Assembly (NCBI GenBank): GCA_002269645.1
Contig: NIVC01000795.1
Span: forward strand, 1 to 64,000
DNA length: 64,000 bases
Reading direction: 5' to 3'
Origin: Macrostomum lignano
Taxonomy: Eukaryota
Below, in pieces: positions 1-11,800 of the stretch. Position numbers and translations under genes: made by a program. The notes below the pieces were generated by a model, which saw nothing but the letters and a program-made list of their open reading frames with translations, was not told where the DNA came from and searched no databases. The number at the start of each line of letters is the position of its first letter. Position 1 is the stretch's first letter.

Positions 1-97
1 TTTAATTGATATAATACCTGGTTTCTTTGATTCAATGATATTATTGAGTTTATTGAGGGTTCTAGTTTCAATCTTTGTCATTTTTTATTTTAATATT

Positions 98-1134
98 TTA
101 ATTAATTTCTGTGTCAGCTGGTATCACTAGGAGTTCAGCTCTAGTGAATGACCGCGTGGGGGATTTAGGGTTAAAGGCTTGAGATAAAAAGTAATAGTCA
201 CCGGAGTCGGAGGTAAAATGTCTGTCTATTTTATGCACATCAAGGCTGAAGTATGGATCTGTAGCTCTTCTTTTGGTGTCCTTCTCTAGCTCTCCAGGTA
301 GATATAAAAAGCGTAGAAACTCAGAGTTTGTCAGTATGTATGGTGATTCAACTCCTGGAAGCTTAGGGTAGTTCAAGGTGTGTTTGTGTTGTGTGTGTTG
401 TGTGGGGTTGTCGTGTTGTTGTCTGTTCTATGAGATGCCTTAAGTTCGACAGTGTCTTGTTTAATTGCATGGGATGGTTTCAATCCAGTCATGCGTGTGA
501 CTTCATTGTTCAGTTGCTCTATAACAGTGGGGAGTCTTTCTGTCCACTTGGTATAGTACTGCCCCGCACTCAGTTTGAGTTCTTGCGCTGTCTGCTTAGT
601 GAATAGTCTCTTGGCTAGAGTTAGATTGAATCTTTCCACAAAAGCCTGGTCTCTGTGCAAGTTTGTTCTGCCATAGCGAATCTCTGTGTTTTTCTTTTCC
701 ATAAGGGATTTCACTACACCCATGAATTCCTTACCCGGGTCGGTCATAAAGATTTGGGGGTATGTGAGCGGAGAGTTTTTATAAATATCTTGCAGTGCGC
801 TGGCAACAACCTCTGACTTCTTCGTCTTGAGTGGGCGAGCTTCCTTATATCTGGAAGCAATGTCAATAATTGTAAGAGCATACTTGTAGCCTGAGTCATT
901 GGGGAGAAACAAAAGATCTGCTTGGTGCGCTTCATTAGGTTTATAAATACTGAAATGGGGCCTTTCAAATTTTACTGGTGGGAAATAGACTTGAAAGACA
1001 GCCTGCTTAGAGAGCCATTTTTCTACTGTAGCTTTTGGTTCCTTACTCAGCTCCATGAGTTTACTAACGGCATTTTTGCCTACAAAGAAACCTTTGTCGC
1101 TGTAGTAGAGTTTTTTAAGTTTCTGATCTGTCAT
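98..1134 (-). CDS. Polinton-type DDE (rve) integrase, split by a frameshift near 376-430
   Basis: 373-1134 has the DDE triad (HQADLL, TDPGKEF, VERFNLTL). 98-376 has the C-terminal motifs RFLYLPGELE..KRRATDP..S and FTRAELLVIP in the -1 frame. Confidence 0.85.
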
Positions 1135-1164
1135 TTATTTAAAAAGAAAATTTTAAATAAAATA

Positions 1165-1665
1165 ATGCAGCGCTCTGGTGGTAAGTTAGATTCACATGGA
1201 CTGATAGAAAAGCTTCCTCATCCGAACAAAGGCTGGACACTTCCCGGCTATAAATATTGCGGGCCTTTGAATCCACTTGAAATACAGCTAGATAAAAACA
1301 ATAATCCACATCCTGGGCATGAGCCTGTGAACGAGCTAGACTCTGTCTGCATGTGGCACGATGTTAAATATAGAGATTTTCCTGAGGAGAAGAATCGCTG
1401 GGACAAAGAAATGCTTAAGAGACTAGACAATATAGGGGCTTCAAGCGGGTGGAAGGAGTCGATCGCTCGGAAGCTAGTTAAAGCTGTTATTTTTAGTAAG
1501 ACAAAACTGGGGTTGGGGGTGTACGCCGAGGGCGGGTGTTTGGGGAGAGAGGGCGAGTGCACGGGGAGAGAGGGCGAACGCACGGGAGCCGGGTTTATTT
1601 TGTGCGCACCTCACAAGGTACTAGGAAGACTGCTGAAAGAGCTGGGGGTAGAAAGGGGCGCTTGA
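1165..1665 (+). CDS. Parvovirus VP1u-like phospholipase A2 domain protein
   Basis: ATG at 1165. LPGYKYCGPLN is the Ca-binding loop (GPxN); PVNELDSVCMWHDVKY is the HDxxY catalytic motif; WDKEM follows. Confidence 0.85.
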   Translation: MQRSGGKLDSHGLIEKLPHPNKGWTLPGYKYCGPLNPLEIQLDKNNNPHPGHEPVNELDSVCMWHDVKYRDFPEEKNRWDKEMLKRLDNIGASSGWKESIARKLVKAVIFSKTKLGLGVYAEGGCLGREGECTGREGERTGAGFILCAPHKVLGRLLKELGVERGA

Positions 1666-2331
1666 ATCGGGAAGGGCATGAGCAAGTGTGGATTTGAGTA
1701 AGTACAGTTTTTTATTCCCTAAAGAGTTGCGCACAAGAGAGATTCTCATTCTCCAGAGAGCTAAGAGCAGAAAATAAAAAGTCAACCGCTTCGCCGCCAT
1801 TAGCATGCATGGACTGTGTATGTTTGATTGATATTGATTATTGGCCAAATTGCGAGGCCAGTTGGCCCGCCGAGTTGGCCTCGGCCCGCCGATTTGGCCT
1901 CGGAATGTGGCCCGCCTAGTTGGTCTCTACGGTATGAAGATATGGGGGGAGTAGAGAGAGGCGTTTGAGTCGGGAAGGGTTTAACTATTATTCTCAGCCC
2001 TGGCCGAACGCAACAGCTGCATTTGAAAAGTTGAGAAGCAGAGAGAGGTTATGTGGTTGATCGACTGCTATTTGCTTAAGGAGCGTAGCCTTTTAATCGA
2101 TTTTGCGAATGTACAACTTCCACGCATGCTTTCCTTTCCGCTTTGGCAACCCAATCAACCAGTCAGTTCATAGCACGAAAGACTACCTAGTGTGGAGACG
2201 GCTTTCCTTTCCAATTGCCAAAATATTGGCGCGGCGCAGCAACCACTACCACCTCAAACCCTACATGACGGTTTTTAAGTATAGGCGGAAGCCAGCCAGC
2301 CCTCTTCACTCAATTCCTATTAGAAAACGCA

Positions 2332-2970
2332 ATGGCTGAAAGAATTACAGTTAGAACCGCTCGACTTAACGCATTTGTGAACGATTTGATTAATTTAACA
2401 CCTTTAGAGCAGAGAGATGGACTCCAACAATTGTTTGAAAATTTCAAAGAAGAGGAAATACAGCACGATTTGGCTCGCATGGAAGGACAAACCCAACGCG
2501 ATATTTCCACCTACGAAGCACGAGTAGCTGCTGTTTTCCAGCGCCTTCGTGCTTCGTATGGAGTCGAAGTTCAAGCGCCAACAAGGGAGCTATCAGTTAT
2601 CGAGGAAAGTATGCACGCGTTGAACTTTCGTCATCTACCCACTGTTCTACCCACTGTACAGAACATGCTGGTGGAATTATTTCAGCATGAGAATTTTTAT
2701 GATAAGCGCACATTAATTGTGTCATTTTACATCGGCTCCATCATTCACCGGCTCAAACGTACACTAAAGTCGGTTCGGAATATAATTCGACGGCTTAATC
2801 TACAAGTATCGAGGCAGACTTTGGACAAGAAGTTGAGAGTGTACGACTTATTGACAGAATTTCCGGCCTTACAACGCTGCGCCGTACCAGTTAGCTTCGT
2901 TCTGGAAAATATGAAGCTCATTCGGGACGAGGTTCGCTACCAGGCGGATGCGGCGATGTGGAGACAGTGA
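2332..2970 (+). CDS. Orphan 212-aa intronless ORF, probable Polinton accessory protein
   Basis: ATG start, normal amino-acid complexity, helical character, located among the viral ORFs. No family recognised with confidence. Confidence 0.6.
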   Translation: MAERITVRTARLNAFVNDLINLTPLEQRDGLQQLFENFKEEEIQHDLARMEGQTQRDISTYEARVAAVFQRLRASYGVEVQAPTRELSVIEESMHALNFRHLPTVLPTVQNMLVELFQHENFYDKRTLIVSFYIGSIIHRLKRTLKSVRNIIRRLNLQVSRQTLDKKLRVYDLLTEFPALQRCAVPVSFVLENMKLIRDEVRYQADAAMWRQ

Positions 2971-2999
2971 CGGTTACGGGTTATGACTTAGCCAATTTT

Positions 3000-3625
3000 A
3001 AATTGAGACGATCGCAATATCAGTCTTGAGTTATTTTTAGTAACAAGTCATTTCCACTCTCTCTTAGTATAATCTTATCAACCAATGAGAACGCTTAGAA
3101 TGGCTACCAGTGGGGCCAGCCAATTTTAAATACGACCGTATTAGCAGTCTTGAGTTATTTTTAGTAACAAGTCATTTCCACTCTCTCTTTAGTATAATCT
3201 TATCAACCAATGAGAACGCTTAGAATGGCTACCAGTGGGGCCAGCCAATTTTAAATACGACCGTATTAGCAGTCTTGAGTTATTTTTAGTAACAAGTCAT
3301 TTCCACTCTCTCTTTAGTATAATCTTATCAACCAATGAGAACGCTTAGAATGGCTACCAGTGGGGCCAGCCAATTTTAAATTGACACGATCGCAATATCA
3401 GTCTTGAGTTATTTTTAGTAACAAGTCATTTCCACTCTCTCTTTAGTATAATCTTATCAACCAATGAGAACGCTTAGAATGGCTACCAGTGGGGCCAGCC
3501 AATTTTAAATACGACCGTATTAGCAGTCTTGAGTTATTTTTAGTAACAAGTCATTTCCACTCTCTCTTTAGTATAATCTTATCAACCAATGAGAACGCTT
3601 AGAATGGCTACCAGTGGGGCCATTT
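3000..3625. repeat. ~123-bp tandem array, 5 copies
   Basis: Unit CAGTCTTGAGTTATTTTTAGTAACAAGTCATTTCCACTCTCT...CCAATGAGAACGCTTAGAATGGCTACCAGTGGGGCC is nearly identical between copies. Confidence 0.95.
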
Positions 3626-4010
3626 TTAAATGTTAGTACTTTCACACGCCTAACGCAATTGCCTAATTATTTCTGCAAAGTTATAGTAGCTGTGACGATG
3701 TCGTTAGCATCTTAAATTTTTAGTTTCTATCTGAGTTTTTATTACTTCAAATTATTGTAGTTGATTAATTTGCAGGTTTCCCAGCTATTAATTCAATGTA
3801 ATTTATTTAGAAAAAATGTACTTGAAGTTTTATTTATTTCAGTCCAAGTTGTTATTACTTTTTTGATAGACATCTTGACAATTTAAATTGTTACCTCGCG
3901 CTCGTTTTTTGTACTCTCCTCAACTCGGCATTTTGTCTCGTACCATGCGTGTCAACACTACTAATAACTGAACTAGCTAACCAATAAATAAATAACTAAT
4001 AAATAAACAA

Positions 4011-4292
4011 CTAATAATTAATTAATCGCTGACTACATCTCGAACTCGCTACGTCACAGTAGCTGTCGTAATCTTTTACATAGGTTACTCCATACTTATG
4101 AAACCAGTGTCTTTGGAGAGCTTGATTAATATTAGGGACATTGATATCAACATCGGGCCAATATTTTCTCATGTACTCGCTGCATTCAAGTTTGCATCGG
4201 TACTTACTCTTGTAATTAGGCTCGTGCGTTTTGTAATAAGAACCTGGAGAGACAACTGGAAACATTTTTATTGAAAATTTAATTTTTTTCAA
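4011..4292 (-). CDS. Small orphan ORF (93 aa), possibly viral
   Basis: ATG-initiated, non-repetitive, rich in Tyr, Cys and Trp, within the Polinton-like region. No motif recognised. Confidence 0.3.
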   Translation of the reverse strand: MKKIKFSIKMFPVVSPGSYYKTHEPNYKSKYRCKLECSEYMRKYWPDVDINVPNINQALQRHWFHKYGVTYVKDYDSYCDVASSRCSQRLINY

Positions 4293-4479
4293 AGGGTAAG
4301 GACCCTGCGCTGATGATTTAAAGTCTTAGGGATCTGGTTTCACGTTGCGGATTGAATGTGGGGAGAAGAATGCAGATTATTTTCTGATTGTTTCGAAGAT
4401 GCTATGGGTGGATGTCAGTGGATTATGTCAGTGTCAGTGAGCATAACAGGTGTCAGTGGACCCATATTCCCATATTCTG

Positions 4480-4885
4480 TCAGTCATAATATGGATGGAT
4501 TTAATGGGATTAAAGTTTTCGGATCAAGTGCAACCCCTCCCCTTTTTCAAGATTCTGTCGGGGATAATATAGATAGATTTAATGGGATTATGGAGGACGT
4601 TTTGTGAGCGGGTGCGACCCCCCTTTTTTTCTTATTCTGTCAGGGATAATATGGAAGGATTTAGGTGGATTATGGAAGACGTTTTGTTAGCAGGTGCGAC
4701 CCCCCTTTTTTTTCTGATTCTGTCAGGGATAATATGGATGGATTTAGGTGGATTATGGAGGAGGTGAAAAATTTTGTCCCAGAAGCCCCCTCATGCCTTC
4801 TACTTGGGAGTCTTTGATTTGCAGAATGGGAGTCTTTGATTTGCAGAATGGGAGTCCTTGATTTGCAGAATGGGAGTCTTTGATT
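4480..4885. repeat. ~80-85-bp repeats (4480-4770) followed by 22-bp repeats (GGGAGTCTTTGATTTGCAGAAT)
   Basis: Recurring GGGATAATATGGATGGATTT...GGATTATGGAGG units, then about 3.5 copies of the 22-mer. Confidence 0.85.
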
Positions 4886-5764
4886 TAGTCATGGACTGCT
4901 CATTGAGCCGTAGAATATTCATTTAGTCATGGACCTCACGGCTTGCTCAGCCAGGAGTAGTCCTGCGTAATCAGTTTAATGGGTGTTTGAATCCGACAGA
5001 TTTAAATCGATTTCATCTGCTGCATCCATTTTATTCATGTCAGCTGCGCTGGTCATTTGCATGAATAGAATAGGAATTCAGTTTTTCTCCAAATTTATTA
5101 CTTTAAGTAGTGCTGGGATACATTACTTTATTTCCGACCAAGAATCGTTGCACAGACGTTCTACTTTTCTCTCGTCTCCGCTCTCCTCTCCTTTCCTTCC
5201 CTCATCTTCTCTCTTCTCTCTTCTGCTCACTCTCCCTTCTCACCTCTTTTCTCCTTCCCCTACTCTCCTATCTCCTATACTCTCCTTTCATTTCAACATC
5301 TCTTCTCTCCTCTCCTCTCCTCTCCTCTAATCTCTCTTTTTTCCTCTCCTCTCCTCTCCTCCCGTCTCCCCAACCGATTGGAGTCTTGTCTACTCTCGAT
5401 CCGCCTCTGCGGCACCCAGGTGAGCAGCTGAAGTCGGCGTGTGTTCCAGCAAGCCGCACAATAAGTCTGGCTTTGCAGATCGCTCCGACCCGACCAACAG
5501 AATCGGCGGGCGGAGCTGTAAAACCCGGCAGTCCCAGCCGGAGGGGAAGCAGTAAAACCTTTGGGTCTGGAAATATTGATAAAATCGCGGCGAAGCGCAG
5601 CGGCACTTTCAAACCGTTATCGGTCCATGGCGCCCTGAGTGGCGCCGGGGCGCCATGCATTCATTGGCTGCTAGCCGCATGCAGCCATTGGCCCAAGCGC
5701 AGGTGCGGCAGAATTAAATGGCCGCCCGTGCCGCCGGCTCGCTCTCTGGCGCTTCAGCTTCGGA

Positions 5765-5771
5765 TATAAAA
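5765..5771 (+). promoter_or_regulatory. Putative TATA box of the Wnt gene
   Basis: TATAAAA about 60 nt upstream of the ATG at 5831, downstream of a GC/CpG-rich region. Confidence 0.5.
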
Positions 5772-5830
5772 CTGCTTTCTAGGAAATCCGTCACGGCACA
5801 ACCAGGAAGACAACGGCACATGACAGGGCC

Positions 5831-8800
5831 ATGCGACGTCTGGACGAAGCACTGCAACTGGGCTTCATCATAGCCCTGACGCTGTCTGCTCAGCTGCTCT
5901 GCTGTGGCTGCATCAAGTGGCTGTAAGTTGATACTCCACCCGTTCCATTCCACTGGATGAAGATGCAGAAATGCATTGCATAGCAACACAGTATCAGTAT
6001 AGGCCCAGCTTTTGTTAAAGATTGTGGATCAGGTCAACTTCACAGGGGCTGGTCCTTCAGACATTTTCCTGGATATTCGACAGGAACTGCATGAGGCTGA
6101 GAGTTCCTATTCCGATTTTCACGCTTTAGTCTGCTAGCATCCATCATTCATCTCGTTTTTTCTTTCGTCTTCTGATTCGCATGCTTCGCTCTCTACTTCT
6201 CCCTCCCACTCTCCCTCTCCCTCTACTTCTCCCTCTCCCTCTCCCTCTACTTCTCCCTCTCCCTCTACTTCTCCCTCTCCCTCTCCCTCTACTTCTCCGT
6301 CTCCCTCTCCCACTACTTCTCCCTCTCCCTCTCCCTCTACTTCTCCCTCCCACTCTCCTTCTCCCTCTCCCTCCCACTCTCCTTCTCCCTCTCCCTCTCC
6401 CTCTACTTCTCCCTCCCACTCTCCTTCTCCCTCTCCCTCTCCCTCTACTTCTCCCTCTCCCTCTACTTCTCCCTCCCACTCTCCTTCTCCCTCTCCCTCT
6501 CTCTCTACTTCTCCCTCTCCCTCTCCCACTACTTTTCCCTCCCACTCTCCCTGTCCCTCTACTTCTCCCTCCCACTCTCCTTCTCCCTCTCCCTCTCCCT
6601 CTACTTCTCCCTCTACTTGTCCCACTCCCTCTCCCTCTACTTTTACCTCCAACTCTCCCTCTCGCTCTACTTCTCCCTCTCACTCTCCTTCTCCCTCTAC
6701 TTGTCCCACTCCCTCTCTCTCTACTTTTACCTCCCACTCTCCCTCTCGCTCTACTTCTCCCTCTCACTCTCCTTCTCCCTCTACTTCTCCTTCCCACCCT
6801 CTCTCTCTCTCTCTCTCTACTTCTCCCTCCCGCTCTCCCTCTCCCTTTACTTCTCCCTCCCACTCTTCCTCTCCTTCTACTTCTCCCTCTCCCTCTCCTT
6901 CTACTTCTCCCTCTCCCTCTCCCTCTACTTCTCCCTCCCACTCTTCCTCTCCCTCTACTTCTCCCTCTCCCTCTCCTTCTACTTCTCCCTCTCCCTCTCC
7001 CTCTACTTCTCCCCCCCACTCTCCCTCTCGCTCTACTTCTCCCTCCCTCTCTCCCTCTCCCGCAATATACAGCATGGAACAAAAGGCGCACCATCAAAAG
7101 CTTCATCAGAGAACTTGCAATCAAATTCGCATCGCCTCAGAGTGAGTGCCGCAGCAGCTCTTTAGCATTCATGAGTTCGCCAGTCCTTAGCTGAGCGGCG
7201 CCTCAGCTAGCAGGCATGGGTAACTTGCAGTTGTCTGGCATCAGGGCTCACCCAGTGTGAGCATTGGATCCCCCCACAGGCCCGGTTTATGGCCGGCTTT
7301 TATTGCCGGCAGCTGAGGCCGCGGTAGCGCAGCGTCAGTCTCAGCAATCTGCATCAGGGGGTGGCTCAGTTTTTAATGGTTTTTTTACTGTTTTAGAGTT
7401 CAGGTGCTGGCTGAGTTGAAGAAGCCGAAATGCTGAGTGACCTGAGTCCCAGAGTGCTGCGTTGACTTGGACAGTCAGCCAACTACTCAATATGCTAAGC
7501 CGCAGAAAATGGAGCAGCCAGTTTTATGTTTCTGGCGAGACTCAGACACTTCTCAGAATTGTCTGGGTGAACGTGGCGTGGAGTTGAAAGACAGAAAGAT
7601 GAAATTTGCTTAGCTAATTAATTCTGAGCCTTGCGGAGTCTGAAGATTATGAGGGGAGACATTTGAAACTTGAAGTGCTTGAGCTGTTTGAAGAGTGGAG
7701 GTGAGAGATGAGGGATAGGAGGTGGGTACAAAAGTAGAGAGGTGTAAGATTGGGGATGAGAGCTAGGAGATAGGAGGTGAGAGATGAGAGGTGGGGAGGT
7801 GGGAGATGAGAGGTGGGAGGTGGGAGATGAGAGGTGGGAGGTGGGAGATGAGAGGTGGAAGATGAGAGATGAGAGGTGGGGAGGTGGGAGATGAGAGATT
7901 GAAGGAGGGAGAAAAGAGGTGGGAGGTGGGAGATGAGAGGTGGGAAGTGGGAGATGAGAGATGAGAGGTGGAAGATGAGAGGTGGGAGGTGGGAGATGAG
8001 AGGTGGGAGATGAGAGGTGGGAGGTGGGAGATGGAGGTGGGAGATGAGAGGTGGGAGATGAGAGGTGGGAGATGAGAGGTGGGAGATGGGAGATGAGAGG
8101 TGAGAGGTGGGAGATAAGAGGTGGGAGGTGGGAGATGGAGGTGCGAGGTGGGAGATGGAGGTGGGAGGTGGGAGATGAGAGGTGAGAGGTGGGAGATGAG
8201 AGGTGGGAGATGGGAGGTGGGAGATGGAGGTGGGAGGTGGGAGATGGAGGTGGGAGGTGGGAGATGAGAGGTGGGAGATGAGAGATGGGAGATGAGAGGT
8301 GGGAGATGAGAGGTGGGAGATGAGAGGTGGGAGATGAGAGGTGGGAGATGAGAGGTGGGAGGTTAAATGCGGGAGATGAGACAGGGAGTGCATTGTGCGG
8401 GGCTGAACTTCACTAGTTCCCCAACTGCAACCTGGCCGCTGGCAGCGGTCTCCACAGCAGCGGCCAGCTGACCTCGGCGGACACGGGCAGCCGGTTCTGC
8501 CGCATCCAGCTGCGCTCCGAGGTGCTGAACCGGCGGCAGGCGAAGTTCTGCCGCAAAAGCGGCCACGCCACGGTGTCGGCGGTGATCCGCGCCGCCCAGC
8601 TGACCATCGCATCGTGCGAGTCGCAGTTCCGGAACTTCCGCTGGAACTGCCAGGTGCTGAAGAGCGTGCCGGATCTGGCGCCGGAGCTGCGGTCACGTGA
8701 GCGCCTGCCAACCTTTTTCGCAGCTACCTGTCGGGAATTCTCAATGAAAATTTGCTTCTGGGATTTGTTTTTCCAGAATGTCCGGGTTCCGCCTTCAGAC

Positions 8801-11800
8801 TGTCCGCGATCTGTCTGTTCGGGGTCTCTCTATGAACTGTCCGGGATCTCTCTATGAACTGTCCGTGATCTCTCTATGAACTGTCCGGTATCTCTCCATG
8901 AACTGTCCGGTATCTCTCCATGAACTGTCCGGGATCTCTCTATGAACTGTCCGGGATCTATCCATGAACTGTCTGGGATCTCTCTATGAATTGTCCGTGA
9001 TCTCTCTCTATGACCCTGTCCGTGATCTCTCTCTATGAACTGTCCGGGATCTCTCTATGAACTGTCCGGTATCTCTCCATGAACTGTCCGGGATCTCTCT
9101 ATGAACTGTCCGGTATCTCTCCATGAACTGTCCGGGATCTCTCTATGAACTGTCCGGTATCTCTCCATGAACTGTCCGTGATCTCTCTCTATGACCCTGT
9201 CCGTGATCTCTCTCTATGAACTGTCCGGGATCTCTCTATGAACTGTCCGGTATCTCTCCATGAACTGTCCGGGATCTCTCTATGAACTGTCCGGTATCTC
9301 TCCATGAACTGTCCGTGATCTCTCTCTATGACCCTGTCCGTGATCTCTCTCTATGACCCTGTCCGTGATCTCTCTCTATGATCCTGTCCGTGATCTCTCT
9401 CTATAAACTGTCCGGGATCTCTCTATGAACTGTCCGGTATCTCTCTGTGAACTGTCCGGGATCTCTCTGTGAACTGTCCGTGATCTCTCTATGAACTGTC
9501 CGGGATCTCTCTATGAACTGTCCGGTATCTCTCTTTGAACTGTCCGGGATCTCTCTATGAACTGTCCGGTATCTCTCTATGAACTGTCCGGGATCTCTCT
9601 ATGAACTGTCCGGGACCTCTCTATGAACTGTCCGGGATCTCTCTACGAACTGTCCGGGATCTCTCTATGCACTGTTTGCAACTGTCCATCCCTGTCCAAC
9701 TCTCCATCCACCTGCAGTGACGGCCGAGCAGGCCCTCGTGCACGCCTTGTCCGGCCTGGCCCTGGCCACCACCCTGTCCACCGAGTGCTCCCGCGGCCTC
9801 TCACCCAGCTGCGGCTGCGGCTCCCGGCCGGACTGGGCGGTGGCCCGGAAGCCGGAAATGCAGTTTAAATTTGAGGGCTGCCACGCCAACCTGCGTGCTG
9901 GGCAGCGCTTAGCGCGGCGATTCCTGTCGGCCGGCGCCGGCGCGTTCAAGCGCCGGAGGCGCCGGCGGCCGAGGCAGGGCAGGCGCCGGAGGCGTCAGCG
10001 GAATCGGCCGAATCCGGCCAAGAAAAGCTCAGGCGTGGTGCAAACCTACGACCAGTTCGCGAAGATGGTGAACGCCTTCAACTACCGGGTGGGCATCCGG
10101 GCGGCCAGGCACAGCGAAGCCGTGCAGTGCAAGTGCCACGGCCAGAGCGCCTCCTGCACGGTGCGCACCTGCCACCGGATTCTGTACAGGCGGAACCAGC
10201 AGCTGCTGGCCTCCGCGTACATCCGCCGGTCCGATGTGGACCCGCTGGACCTGCTGCTGGAGCTGTACGACAGGGTGAGCGAGGCGATGGGATCCGGCAC
10301 TGGGATCTGGATTAGAATGGGGATTTTAGTCTAGATTTAGTAGATAGGATTTATAGCTCTGTTTTATGCGATACTCATGTAAAATGGCTTATGGTGTAAG
10401 TTCGCTGTGAACTTTATGAACCAGAGGCAAGGGGAAAGGGAACTGTGAAGGTGAAGGGCAAATGATAAAGAGCGAAGGATGGAGAAAGAATAATGAGGGA
10501 TGGATGGTGAGGGATGAATGGTGAGGGATGAATGGTGAGGGATGGATGATGAGGGATGGATGATGAGGGATGGATGATGAGGGATGAATGATGAGGGATG
10601 GATGATGAGGGATGAATGATGGGGGTGGATGATGAGGGATGGATGATGGGGGATGAATGATGAGGGATGGATGGTGAGGGATGGATGATGGGGTGGATGA
10701 TGAGGGATGAATGATGAGGGATGAATGATGAGGGATGGATGATGGGGGATGAATGATGAGGGATGGATGATGGGGGATGGATGATGGGGGATGGATGATG
10801 AGGGATGGATGATGGGGGATGGATGATGGGGGATGAATAACAAAGGGCGAAGAGAGAAGGGTGAAGTGTGTTGGGTTGGGTGAGGGCTCTGTTTGGGTGA
10901 AGGGTGAAGGGGAGAAAAGGCGAGTTTTATCCCCCAGCATCAATCAAAATCTGCAGAAGCTGCGCCGAACCGTATTCGACGAGACTGGCTACCAAGGCTA
11001 CGAGGAGCCGTGCTCGGAGGCCGACCGTCTGCCGAACCCGCTGCGCGGTCAGCCGGCCTGCGAGGCCTTCAAGGTCGTTCCTGGCCTGCCGAAGGAGAAC
11101 GCGCTGCTGTTCCACGAGCACTCGCTGGACTACTGCAGCATCAGGGAGGGCCGCTTCCCCGGCACTGCGGGACGGTGAGGCGGCGGGGCTCCGGGGTCGG
11201 GGAGACTCCGGGGGGTCAGGGGGTCAGAGACGAACCTGAGAGGGTGTCAGAGAAGACACTGAGGGTGTCAGAGAAGACACTGAGAGGGTGTCAGAGAAGG
11301 CACTGAGAGGGTGTTAGAGAAGACATTGAGGGTGTCAGAGAAGACACTGAGAGGGTGTCAGAGAAGACACTACGAAGGTGTCAGGTAAGGCATCACAGCT
11401 AGCACTGCAGGTTAGTCAGCAGGCAATGGTGCAAGAGGCGAAGCCAGCCAGAACTTCAGTATAATGAACGCATTTCTGCCTGTCAGATTGAAACCGAAAA
11501 GCGCGTGGCAGCTGGCAGAATTCAGTTCTGCGTAGAAGGCAGGTCCACGGCCGGGATGAATGTTTCAGGGCGCCGTTCGTTCGTCGCTACTTTTTCATAT
11601 TTGACTTGGTGGGGAGCTGGCTGCCTGAGGGTATCCCCAGCTCCCAAACAACATCAAACAGATCCTCTTTAACTTGCGGAAATTTCGCGACTTAGAAAGA
11701 ATTTTTATGAGCTGTCAGAACAAATCTGCGCTTACCGACAGGTTTGCAGGGCGGCACCTGCAGCCAGGGGGGGGGGGCGCCAGCATTTACGACTTGCCGG

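Larger units (their letters stand above)
1..4900. mobile_element. Polinton/Maverick (adintovirus-like) endogenous virus segment; continues beyond the window start, right boundary approximate
   Basis: Intronless, compact ORFs: a retroviral-type integrase, a parvovirus-type PLA2 and orphan ORFs, followed by tandem-repeat arrays. Integrase plus PLA2 is a known Polinton/adintovirus gene combination. The polymerase, capsid and a terminal repeat are not visible in the window. Confidence 0.7.

Noticed and set aside
922-1164. N-terminal extension of the PLA2 ORF from 922
   Set aside because: It starts at a non-ATG codon and lies antisense to the integrase. The ATG at 1165 fits the domain start.
4800-4990. 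Polinton right terminus
   Set aside because: AGTAGT occurs at about 4956 in the wrong orientation for a right end. The partner TIR and TSD are outside the window.
6134-7194. Long ORFs rich in Glu-Gly, Arg-Gly or Leu-Pro
   Set aside because: They are translations of a CT-rich intronic array, open in several frames on both strands.
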